A stretch of DNA of 62,709 nt, taken from a virus (taxonomy: Duplodnaviria > Caudoviricetes). Positions 9,441 to 17,052 of the stretch are shown here, in pieces. The notes under the pieces are model-generated. The model was not told the DNA's origin, ran no database searches, and saw only the letters and a list, made by a program, of their open reading frames with translations. The DNA is taken from positions 1 through 62,709 of the IMG/VR virus record IMGVR_UViG_3300007539_000019. One strand, written 5' to 3'. The position numbers and the translations under genes are program-made. The stretch's first letter is position 1. Each line of letters starts with the position of its first letter.

Positions 9441-9978
9441 GCCTCAAGGGTATAATTGGTTTGCCATTTTCATCTTTATCTAAAACTGCTACAATTTTAG
9501 CTTTGTTTGGATTAGCGATAAAAATACATGGGTGATCTTCTTCGTCCAATATTCTTTTTAAATTATTTGGATTAATCTCCACACATTCAAGTAAATCTTT
9601 ACCATTGTGCTTGTGAATATCATAAGAATGTGGATATAATCCTTCTTCTTCATTTAAATAACATATTATTCTACCATATTTTATCCGAGTTCTTCCTTTG
9701 TAATGAATATAATCTCCTATCTCAAAAGATTTTTTCTCAAATAATTTGTGGCGGGGAATATAATATTTTACCTTATCTCTTTTTATTTTAAATATTTTAT
9801 GTTCTCCAAAAAGATTTTCTTTTGGTAAAAGATTCTTTGGATTAACTAAAATACATTCGAGAGTCGGGTTGGTTTCACTATCTTGTAAGATAGTAATTAT
9901 TTGACCAACTCTTTTTTTTAATTTTAATTTCTCTCTTACATGATCCCCAACTTCTAATTTGTTATTTTTCTTAATCAT
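9430..9978 (-). CDS. hypothetical protein with two tandem KOW/SH3-like repeats
   Basis: LEVGDHV..RVGQII..LECILVNPKNL vs FEIGDYI..KYGRII..LECVEINPNNL; probable start 9978. Confidence 0.6.
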   Translation of the reverse strand: MIKKNNKLEVGDHVREKLKLKKRVGQIITILQDSETNPTLECILVNPKNLLPKENLFGEHKIFKIKRDKVKYYIPRHKLFEKKSFEIGDYIHYKGRTRIKYGRIICYLNEEEGLYPHSYDIHKHNGKDLLECVEINPNNLKRILDEEDHPCIFIANPNKAKIVAVLDKDENGKPIIPLRLDI

Positions 9979-11039
9979 GATGTTATTGTTTCGGATATTG
10001 TGCTTGCTTGTAACAAACGAATTGCTTTGTCTTTCGCCTTTACTTCGCATTCCCACTTGACAGGTTTGTCAGGTTCAATAGCAATATGAGGTGGACGATT
10101 TCCGAGAGCAAAATAATCTGCATGAGCGCGAGGTTTTTGTGGAAGACCTTCTGACCAATGAAAGACAGGAGCAACAAAAACACCATCGTCATCTGAATCT
10201 TGGTTTATCCATGTGTATGCACAACGCTCTGCTTGCCAAGTTATCGATTCAACTTCTGAAGGATTACACATATCGTGAAGATTGTCGTAGCAAACAGGTA
10301 GATTGAAATGATATTTATTAAATATATATTCGCTAAACTGCATGATATTATCTACATTCCAAACTCCCCTATCTTCATTCTCGATAGTTAAGCGATTGCG
10401 AACACCAACATCACATTTCATCAGATTATTGTAAAATCTATCAGCAACATTTATTATTCTTTCATCGTGAAATTTTTTGTGATCGTTCACTTCATTTACA
10501 TCTTCATTCTCAATATCGGGCAAAGGCGCATTAATATGAATATTCATAGGAGCAGTATGATTTTGAGGTAAACCAATCATATCAAATATACTAGCTTGAA
10601 AATTTAATTCGTTTATTGTCCTACGAACAGCATCTTCATTTTGAGATGCAAGAACATTAAACTGATCGGGATGAGATCCGATAGATATACCTGTGGTCAT
10701 TACCATGATACCGATTCCTCTTAATTCTCTTTCTATTTGAATAAAATTTGGCAAATCTTCAAGAGATAATTCAAGAGTTTCATCGGTAATGAGAGGAAAT
10801 AAAGCAGAGCTAAGACGATAATGCCCAATGTTTGATAGCTTACAATGATGAAGAATATCTTGAGTAACATAAATATTATGCAAAATTCTATCAGATAATA
10901 CTTTAATGGCTTCATTCCTACCTTGTTTAATTGTCATATTGCGAAACCCTGTACGAGTCATAGTTCGAAAAGAATATTTTTTCTTGTCTATGTCTTTGAG
11001 TTCTTCGCTTATGCAAGTGAGTCCTAATACTTGTGTCAT
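9975..11039 (-). CDS. uvsE: UV DNA damage endonuclease (UvdE/UvsE family)
   Basis: YRLSS.LFP, SHPDQFNVLAS, NIH, RLTIENED, D.LH, HWSE, HADY, E.KAKD.A motifs. Confidence 0.92.
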   Translation of the reverse strand: MTQVLGLTCISEELKDIDKKKYSFRTMTRTGFRNMTIKQGRNEAIKVLSDRILHNIYVTQDILHHCKLSNIGHYRLSSALFPLITDETLELSLEDLPNFIQIERELRGIGIMVMTTGISIGSHPDQFNVLASQNEDAVRRTINELNFQASIFDMIGLPQNHTAPMNIHINAPLPDIENEDVNEVNDHKKFHDERIINVADRFYNNLMKCDVGVRNRLTIENEDRGVWNVDNIMQFSEYIFNKYHFNLPVCYDNLHDMCNPSEVESITWQAERCAYTWINQDSDDDGVFVAPVFHWSEGLPQKPRAHADYFALGNRPPHIAIEPDKPVKWECEVKAKDKAIRLLQASTISETITS

Positions 11040-11046
11040 ACCATAG

Positions 11047-11075
11047 ATTATGGACTAAGAATTTTAAATTGTCAA
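11047..11075 (-). promoter_or_regulatory. sigma70-type promoter, leaderless
   Basis: TTGACA-N17-CATAAT-N7-ATG(11039). Confidence 0.75.
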
Positions 11076-11082
11076 CAAAAAA

Positions 11083-11097
11083 GTGTATATATATTAT
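11083..11097 (+). promoter_or_regulatory. GTGTA-type putative phage promoter
   Basis: GTGTATATATATTAT directly before ATG 11098. Confidence 0.6.
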
Positions 11098-11331
11098 ATG
11101 GACACAAACGAAATGATAATGATTGCAATGGGGACAATGATCTCTATTATAGCATTTTTTCTTAAAAAAGAAAATGCAAGAGTAGAAAATTTGTCTCGTA
11201 AATTAAGACATATTGAAATTGACTTAGCTAAAAATGGAGCGAGAGATTCAGAAAGATGGATACAAACTCAAAAATTACTAGAAGACAGAAGAACTGATGT
11301 CGTCAAAATTTTTGAAAAATTAGAAAAATGA
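11098..11331 (+). CDS. small membrane protein (single TM + coiled coil; holin-like topology)
   Basis: MDTNEMIMIAMGTMISIIAFFLKK then coiled coil. Confidence 0.55.
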   Translation: MDTNEMIMIAMGTMISIIAFFLKKENARVENLSRKLRHIEIDLAKNGARDSERWIQTQKLLEDRRTDVVKIFEKLEK

Positions 11332-11441
11332 ATCAAGATTTAGAGAGAAATCTTTATATTTTGATAAGTCTTTTTTTCTTTTTTTTAGAAAGAGAGGTTA
11401 TAGTAGATACAATGTTATTTATAATTAGTATTATTCTTTAA
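11328..11441 (+). CDS. hydrophobic micropeptide (37 aa)
   Basis: ATGA overlap with previous stop; MNQDLERNLYILISLFFFFLERE... Confidence 0.45.
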   Translation: MNQDLERNLYILISLFFFFLEREVIVDTMLFIISIIL

Positions 11442-12012
11442 CATCTTTATTTGTCATACTTAAAACAATTGATATGGTGGAAAATTCTTCAGGATTTACA
11501 AAACAAAAACTACATCCTTGAGGAATCAAAATAGTATCTCCATGTTTAAAAGTTTGAGAGGAATCTTCTATACGAATTAAACCATCTCCATGAATTATGA
11601 AAGCGCTGGCAACCTGCCCACCACTTAAATTAAAAGTATCTGTTTCTCTGCCTCCCCCTATGAATAGATTCTTTACAAAAAATTCATCTTCATACTCGTC
11701 AATAATTCTAATATGTCCCCAATCAGTTTGAGTGAATTCATCGGAGTTTAATTCTAATTCTCCACTCATACTTTGGTCAAGAGAATAAGATTCTAAATCT
11801 ATTTTAGGATTTAACTCTTTTATTTTTTCTAAAAGAGCTTCGCCAACATCATGATGGACATATTGAAATTTATAGATAATCCAATCTTTTGGAGAGGGGT
11901 ATCCATAGTCTATTGTTATGAAACAATTTGTATGAATTTCTTTATTTGTTATGGGGCAGTTTGTAATTTCTAAACCCATTTCTTCCATTTCTTTTTTCTC
12001 TTCTTCGTTCAT
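11431..12012 (-). CDS. hypothetical protein with C-terminal cupin-like domain
   Basis: FII.GDG.I........GD.ILIP.G. Confidence 0.6.
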   Translation of the reverse strand: MNEEEKKEMEEMGLEITNCPITNKEIHTNCFITIDYGYPSPKDWIIYKFQYVHHDVGEALLEKIKELNPKIDLESYSLDQSMSGELELNSDEFTQTDWGHIRIIDEYEDEFFVKNLFIGGGRETDTFNLSGGQVASAFIIHGDGLIRIEDSSQTFKHGDTILIPQGCSFCFVNPEEFSTISIVLSMTNKDVKE

Positions 12013-12013
12013 A

Positions 12014-12406
12014 TTATTTTATAATATCCCATCGATTATCATAATTCAACCTAAAACTGCCTTTATGTTTCTCTCCCCAAGAACATTCATTTGGGGCAAA
12101 TAAACTCATAAAATATTTTCCATTATCTTTTTGATATAGATGATATATATTTCCAATAACAGGTTTCATTCTCATTTCTGCATTGAATATTATTTCGTTC
12201 CACTTAACACCTTCAGCTAATTCCTCAAATTCTTTTTTTAATTTATCAAATCTTTCTTCGTAGTGTTTATTTGCAGAATGTACCGCTCCAACTTTCCATC
12301 CACCAAGGCTATGGTCAGGTTTAATTACGGGTGCAGATAAATTACTTGCATAAGGCAAGGCATAGGCATTTGGAACATAGTTATCAGGCAATTCTTTTTC
12401 ACTCAT
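12014..12406 (-). CDS. DUF2452-like protein
   Basis: LPY.S..SAP.I, P.IG.IYHLY......F.S...P.E.SW, F.L..D..W. Confidence 0.7.
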   Translation of the reverse strand: MSEKELPDNYVPNAYALPYASNLSAPVIKPDHSLGGWKVGAVHSANKHYEERFDKLKKEFEELAEGVKWNEIIFNAEMRMKPVIGNIYHLYQKDNGKYFMSLFAPNECSWGEKHKGSFRLNYDNRWDIIK

Positions 12407-12831
12407 TACATAATGACATTCCACTCCTCTTCTTTTTCAATCCAATCCTTAAACTTTTCTTGACCACCTCTAACTGCCCAATCGGAGTCAATAGTTAATT
12501 TTGAGGATATTCCACCCCTTGGGTTGAAAACCATCACTAGTCGCAATCTTTCAGGTTCATATACTTCCATTAAATGATCATAAAAAATATTAATTAATCT
12601 TTCATAAGATACAACAATATCTCTTAAATGAAAAACATATTGCTTGAGGCTTTTTAATTCTATAATTTTATTGCTTGGATAAAAACTAAGATAAGCATTA
12701 GCAAAATCGGGTTGCTCCTTAACTCCAAGAAAAGTAAATTCGGGAACTTTTACTTTTATTTCGTATGCGCCTTTACTTGGGTTGGGTAAAGATTTTAATA
12801 TTTCTTGATTGATTTGATCGTATTTTTTCAT
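12406..12831 (-). CDS. QueF-like T-fold protein lacking the catalytic cysteine
   Basis: PEFT..., QPDFA, QueF motif ELKSLKQY, F.PRGGI; no Cys anywhere in the protein. Confidence 0.85.
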   Translation of the reverse strand: MKKYDQINQEILKSLPNPSKGAYEIKVKVPEFTFLGVKEQPDFANAYLSFYPSNKIIELKSLKQYVFHLRDIVVSYERLINIFYDHLMEVYEPERLRLVMVFNPRGGISSKLTIDSDWAVRGGQEKFKDWIEKEEEWNVIM

Positions 12832-13190
12832 CTTAATTCGTCATATATTCTGTATGAATCTGAATTCTCATGGAATGTGCTTGCTTCAATTAGTCTTACT
12901 GATCCATTGTGAGCAATAAGTTGATGAGGTTGACCTTGCTCTATTTCATATTTGTCGCCCTTGCTTAATATAATGTGGCTAGTGTCGCCAGTTTTTGTAT
13001 CAATTAACTCAAGATAAAGTTGACCTTCTAGTATATAGAAAACTTCATGTTTTTTCACATGAAAGTGCATTGAGGTATGACACTCTTCCTTGATAAACAA
13101 TTCTTTACCGCAGTAATTTTCTTTTTCATTATTTGCGAACCATATTTCATGTCCCCATCGTTTTTCTACAAATTTAGCTTTATTTTTCAT
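12828..13190 (-). CDS. cupin-domain protein (sugar-isomerase-like)
   Basis: VEK.WG.E.W, YCGK.L, S.HFH..K.E.FY, H.L, E.ST. Confidence 0.8.
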   Translation of the reverse strand: MKNKAKFVEKRWGHEIWFANNEKENYCGKELFIKEECHTSMHFHVKKHEVFYILEGQLYLELIDTKTGDTSHIILSKGDKYEIEQGQPHQLIAHNGSVRLIEASTFHENSDSYRIYDELR

Positions 13191-13382
13191 TTACCAATTT
13201 TTAATTATGTTCGCTACTATAAAACCACAAGTTATCATATTTGTCAAGACTATAATGGTTCTTATTAATAAACTTATTTGCGCATCTTTTAAAGAAAGAA
13301 TTGGAATGTCGGGTTCGTCATCATCAGTTCTGCCTACCCGATGATCTAATGTTCTTGCCCATATTAACCATAATTTTTTCAT
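13191..13382 (-). CDS. small membrane hypothetical protein
   Basis: W.IWA..L....IRT.I...N.IT..FIVAN.I..W pattern common in marine phages. Confidence 0.65.
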   Translation of the reverse strand: MKKLWLIWARTLDHRVGRTDDDEPDIPILSLKDAQISLLIRTIIVLTNMITCGFIVANIIKNW

Positions 13383-13831
13383 ATTCTATTTTTAACTATA
13401 TTATTATAATATTCTTTATCCCAAAATTCATAATAATTTGTCTTATGTAATCGTTTGGAATGCTTGTTTAGTTCACTTAATCCTTGTATTAATAATATAG
13501 CATACTCTTTATTGTTTGTTTCTATGCCATTGATTTTGTTAATTTGATCGGGGTGATCCCATATCAACCACAAATCTTTGATTTTTGCAAATTGCTGATG
13601 ATCATTACAAAATTCTTCTAGCCATTTTTTATCAAATTGTTTCGGGTTGCCATAAATTAAATATAGCATGGGATGCTCTTTGTTTTGCATGCATTCAAAT
13701 GCATCTGCCATAAAATTAGTAGACTCTATAATTTCAATCTTATCTAAAAAACTTTTTGCAAACGGGCAAATCGCATGACCGCCTAATTCATCTCTTTTTA
13801 AAGAAATATATTTTATGTAATCTTCTATCAT
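13379..13831 (-). CDS. DUF1415-like protein
   Basis: LGG..ICPFA and DHP motifs. Confidence 0.55.
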   Translation of the reverse strand: MIEDYIKYISLKRDELGGHAICPFAKSFLDKIEIIESTNFMADAFECMQNKEHPMLYLIYGNPKQFDKKWLEEFCNDHQQFAKIKDLWLIWDHPDQINKINGIETNNKEYAILLIQGLSELNKHSKRLHKTNYYEFWDKEYYNNIVKNRI

Positions 13832-14604
13832 TTAAAAAAATATTTATCATCATATCTTTTTATTTTATCTAAATCACTTGTTTTCTCTATTTTAGAATCT
13901 CGTTCACATAACCACTTATAATGCTCAATATCATCAGACCATTCTTCGCCCGTCCAAAATTCAAAACCTTCATAATCCGCTTTATAAATACATGACTTTT
14001 CATAACCAAAACCAAGATACATATAATCTTTTTTTTGATCAATACAATAATCAATCTCTGCGAGATTTGCATATTTACCTAGATATAATTTTGGATTTTC
14101 ATAGTCCCAAGCAAATTGTGTTGAGAAAATACTATTATTTCCGACATCTCTGATAAAAGAGAATGCTATTGGCTTATGCCAAGAACTATCATTTTTTTGC
14201 TCGTGGTATACGATAAATTTTTTTCTATCAATCTCTAAATTTATTAAAGGTTTTAAATCCCAACTTTTAAAATTTCTATATTTAGTATATTTATCAAAAA
14301 TTTCTGTTAAAACTTCTAAATCTACAATATTTGCATCAAAAACCTTCTCTATTATTAAATTACATTTTTTTCTAGCTTTCCTAGTTCTTCTCGTTTCTTT
14401 AAACTTACTTAAATCTATCCTTGTTTGTCTAGCTTGATACCAATGAGATTTATCACCTTCTTTGGGACGGAAATAATCATCAGGCAACCAACCTTTATTT
14501 AACGCCTCTTCTTCTTCTTCAAGAGGTACTTCTGCCATACATTCAAAAAACAAATAATCATATTGCGTTATAGCTCCACAATAATGTTTGAAATATATAT
14601 TCAT
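13828..14604 (-). CDS. Ate1/Bpt-like aminoacyl-tRNA--protein transferase (GNAT-like ATE_C domain)
   Basis: RIDL..F, F..Y...R, FAWDY..P...LG.Y..L.EI......K.Y.YLG......YK..Y..FE. Confidence 0.75.
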   Translation of the reverse strand: MNIYFKHYCGAITQYDYLFFECMAEVPLEEEEEALNKGWLPDDYFRPKEGDKSHWYQARQTRIDLSKFKETRRTRKARKKCNLIIEKVFDANIVDLEVLTEIFDKYTKYRNFKSWDLKPLINLEIDRKKFIVYHEQKNDSSWHKPIAFSFIRDVGNNSIFSTQFAWDYENPKLYLGKYANLAEIDYCIDQKKDYMYLGFGYEKSCIYKADYEGFEFWTGEEWSDDIEHYKWLCERDSKIEKTSDLDKIKRYDDKYFFK

Positions 14605-14990
14605 GCCATACCTTCGTCAAATAATTGCCAACCTCTCGTACATCTTAAACCTCTATCGAGAAAATGAGAGCCAAGCCTAATGGGAGAAAACTTTTTTAAT
14701 TCATTTTCAACTAAATGCTGATCAAATTTTTTACAACTATAAACATCTAATTGAACTAAATTTGGATCTTTCTTTTCCCAAGAATGCAAAGCAATATGAC
14801 TGGTAGTAATAAGACAAAAAGCACTAATGCCTTCGTTATCTTTTTCTTCACACTTAACCGCTATTGGTTTGTGTAGAATTTCCATGTCGATTATATCGAC
14901 TAAATTTTTTATCCAAGATTCTGTGAATGACTCGTCAGTAAATGGAGTTTTTTCAAAAGTAGCATTAACTAATAAATGTTTGTGATCCAC
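14601..14990 (-). CDS. speD: S-adenosylmethionine decarboxylase-like pyruvoyl proenzyme
   Basis: HLL, GIS...I.TSHI.LHSW, LDVYSCK.F; probable GTG start 14990, 14 nt after GTGTA. Confidence 0.85.
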   Translation of the reverse strand: MDHKHLLVNATFEKTPFTDESFTESWIKNLVDIIDMEILHKPIAVKCEEKDNEGISAFCLITTSHIALHSWEKKDPNLVQLDVYSCKKFDQHLVENELKKFSPIRLGSHFLDRGLRCTRGWQLFDEGMA

Positions 14991-14998
14991 ATTATATT

Positions 14999-15199
14999 TT
15001 ACACATCTTTTTCGTCTCCTTGACGCCAATTCATGCACCATTTAAAACTTTGAACTTTAACTATGCTATCTTTTTTATCTTCGGGTATAACTGAAACTGC
15101 ACTTCTTAAATTAGTTTGCAATGTATCAATCAAAGCATATAAATCTGAAATCTGCTTTTCTTGATTGTGTATTTGTAATCTTAATTCTCTTTCGTTCAT
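14999..15199 (-). CDS. small coiled-coil hypothetical protein
   Basis: ORF track. Confidence 0.55.
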   Translation of the reverse strand: MNERELRLQIHNQEKQISDLYALIDTLQTNLRSAVSVIPEDKKDSIVKVQSFKWCMNWRQGDEKDV

Positions 15200-15270
15200 T
15201 TTCTGTACAAAGATTCAATGCAAAAATAATAAAGAATTCCAAGAGAGCCTATCAATATAAAAAATTCCAT
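15196..15270 (-). CDS. putative single-TM micropeptide (24 aa)
   Basis: MEFFILIGSLGILYYFCIESLYRK; fills the gap, ATGA-coupled. Confidence 0.45.
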   Translation of the reverse strand: MEFFILIGSLGILYYFCIESLYRK

Positions 15271-15271
15271 T

Positions 15272-15586
15272 TTACCAAATTGAAAGTCTTCCCCTTAAAA
15301 TGTCAAAAAACATACGAATGTCGCATAATTTTGCTTTTAATGTAGTTTTGCCCCCATCTTTTACACCATCAACCGCCAATGGTTTATTTTTTTCAAAAAT
15401 AAAATGACCTGTCCATGCAAATGGATAAACCACAAATGGAATTAGAGGTATTAAGTACCAATGCCAACCATGAGCAATAAATCCTATGAAAGCCAATGTA
15501 GCCCATTGTCCTATAAAGTGCATCAACCTACATTTAGGGTTTTGATGTTTACTTAGATAAAATTGATAATATTTGTCGTCAATCAT
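15272..15586 (-). CDS. DUF962/Mpo1-like membrane protein
   Basis: YL..H....R..HF.G, Y.FAW.GHF.FEKN.P. Confidence 0.85.
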   Translation of the reverse strand: MIDDKYYQFYLSKHQNPKCRLMHFIGQWATLAFIGFIAHGWHWYLIPLIPFVVYPFAWTGHFIFEKNKPLAVDGVKDGGKTTLKAKLCDIRMFFDILRGRLSIW

Positions 15587-15591
15587 GTTTT

Positions 15592-16095
15592 TTAAAATTT
15601 ATTATAATTTTGGTTTACTATTTTTCTAGCAAAATCTGCGTCATGCCAATCTTTAACTTCAACTATTTTATTATTTAAATCTTTATAGTGCGAAAAAAAG
15701 TTTTGACATATTTTTAAAAATTGTGGATCAATATCAGATAAACCTCTATATTCCCTAATGTGGGAAATTGGAGTTCCTAGTATTTTATAATCTTTCTCTC
15801 CGTCATCTTCCATATCTAAAACTCCAATAACTCTACACTCAACAATAGTGCCTCTTTGAATTGGCATATTATTATATACTAATAAATCTAAAGCATCTCC
15901 ATCTTCAGCTTTCGTGCTTGGTATGAATCCATAATTAGCAGGATAAACCATTGCACTAATCAAACTCCTATCGTAAATGAATGCCTCTAAGTCGGGGCGA
16001 TATTCATATTTTACATTGGTATCTTTAGGTATTTCTATAACACCATAAACCCTTTGTGGGCTTTTTGGATGTTTTGATATATTATATAAGTTCAA
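15592..16095 (-). CDS. ppa: family I inorganic pyrophosphatase
   Basis: EIP....KYE, DR, YPANYGFIP.T...DGD.LD, DDGEKD.K, FF..YK.L. Confidence 0.95.
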   Translation of the reverse strand: MNLYNISKHPKSPQRVYGVIEIPKDTNVKYEYRPDLEAFIYDRSLISAMVYPANYGFIPSTKAEDGDALDLLVYNNMPIQRGTIVECRVIGVLDMEDDGEKDYKILGTPISHIREYRGLSDIDPQFLKICQNFFSHYKDLNNKIVEVKDWHDADFARKIVNQNYNKF

Positions 16096-16126
16096 TATTT
16101 AGAATAAATTACATAATAATTTACAT

Positions 16127-16360
16127 CTAAACATTTTCTAGTGAAATATTTTTATTCAAAACCTCACTTTCATCAATCCATTTTTCTGCATATTTACAAT
16201 ATCTTTCCACAGAAAGAGTTTGCATTTTTAAATTCTTTTTTCTCGCCATGTCATAATGGAAAGCTAGTGCTTGGATTGAAGAGTCTGCCATATAGTAATG
16301 AAAATTGTCTAATTCAGCATGATCTTCTCCAATATTATATTTTATTCTAAACTCGTTCAT
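16127..16360 (-). CDS. hypothetical protein
   Basis: ORF track. Confidence 0.6.
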   Translation of the reverse strand: MNEFRIKYNIGEDHAELDNFHYYMADSSIQALAFHYDMARKKNLKMQTLSVERYCKYAEKWIDESEVLNKNISLENV

Positions 16361-16535
16361 TTATTAAGCCCTCTAATAAATTTAAATATTTTTTAACATC
16401 TGAAATTTCTTCTATAATTTCTTTTGCATTTTCTTTTTTAGGTTTGTTTAATGCATGAATCAACTCTAAGCTTAACTCTGTAAGCTCTTCGATTAGTTTT
16501 TTAAAAACTCTAGATTCTACCTCTGTTAACTTCAT
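16347..16535 (-). CDS. MazG-like small helical protein
   Basis: EEL.EL...L.......EEI.DV motif. Confidence 0.55.
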   Translation of the reverse strand: MKLTEVESRVFKKLIEELTELSLELIHALNKPKKENAKEIIEEISDVKKYLNLLEGLINERV

Positions 16536-16541
16536 GATATA

Positions 16542-16570
16542 ATTATATTGAAATTTTTTAAAAAAGTCAA
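16542..16570 (-). promoter_or_regulatory. sigma70-type promoter, leaderless
   Basis: TTGACT-N17-TATAAT-N6-ATG(16535). Confidence 0.75.
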
Positions 16571-16575
16571 GAAAA

Positions 16576-17002
16576 TGGTGGAGGTGGCGGGAGTTGAACC
16601 CGCGTCCTAATCATCTTCAACGATTCACTTCTACAAGTTTAGTTAATTTTTTTTATAGTTATGATATTAACATCCAACTCCCTGTTACAATTATTTGCAG
16701 TTTATTAACAGGTAAACCTTTTCTGTTTTTGCAGATTGATGACCCCGCAATCTTTTTATCTGCGTCAAAAGTTGCGAGGTGACAGACTTTACGCTGCCAT
16801 TGGAAGCTCTTCCGCTTCATAAAGGGCAGTAGCCTCTTCAATTACTTGAGAGACTGCATACTCTTCACGAGCCGCGTCAAGAAGCTCCTCTATGCTATTA
16901 TAACCTTCGCCATATATAGCTTTGTGTCTTATTAACGAAGCCAGACACTTCTCCGACTTGCCGTGAATGAATTCAATGCTAGTCAAATCCAAAAACACCC
17001 CC
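16576..17002 (-). ncRNA. ssrA: tmRNA (427 nt, encoded CCA); tag (A)GEGYNSIEELLDAAREEYAVSQVIEEATALYEAEELPMAA*
   Basis: 5' GGGGGTG pairs with 3' CACCTCC-ACCA including G3.U70; GGATTTGAC D-loop; T-arm GCGGGTTCAACTCCCGC; PK1 CGGAG/CTTCG + GTGTCT/AGACAC; PK2 CCTCGCAA/TTGCGGGG + GCAGAT/ATCTGC; tag ends AA-stop. Confidence 0.95.
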
Positions 17003-17006
17003 AAAA

Positions 17007-17037
17007 TTTTCAAAGATCAATGCACATTATTATACAC
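17007..17037 (-). promoter_or_regulatory. GTGTA-type promoter plus boxA-like leader of tmRNA
   Basis: GTGTATAATAATGTGCAT-TGATCTTTGAAAA upstream of the mature 5' end. Confidence 0.5.
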
Positions 17038-17052
17038 TAAATATCGTAAAAA

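Noticed and set aside
12014-16095. Complete 7-deazaguanine DNA modification pathway
   Set aside because: Only a Cys-less QueF-like gene is present; no folE, queD, queE, queC or dpdA in the window
16576-16610. tRNA-like 3' end suggesting a tRNA gene or attP site
   Set aside because: Pairs with a 5' end ~420 nt away with tmRNA pseudoknots and a tag between; no integrase or duplicated att copy in the window
16789-17013. 74-aa ORF from the ORF track (MKILGVFLD...PMAA)
   Set aside because: Lies within the tmRNA; only its last 40 codons are the tag reading frame
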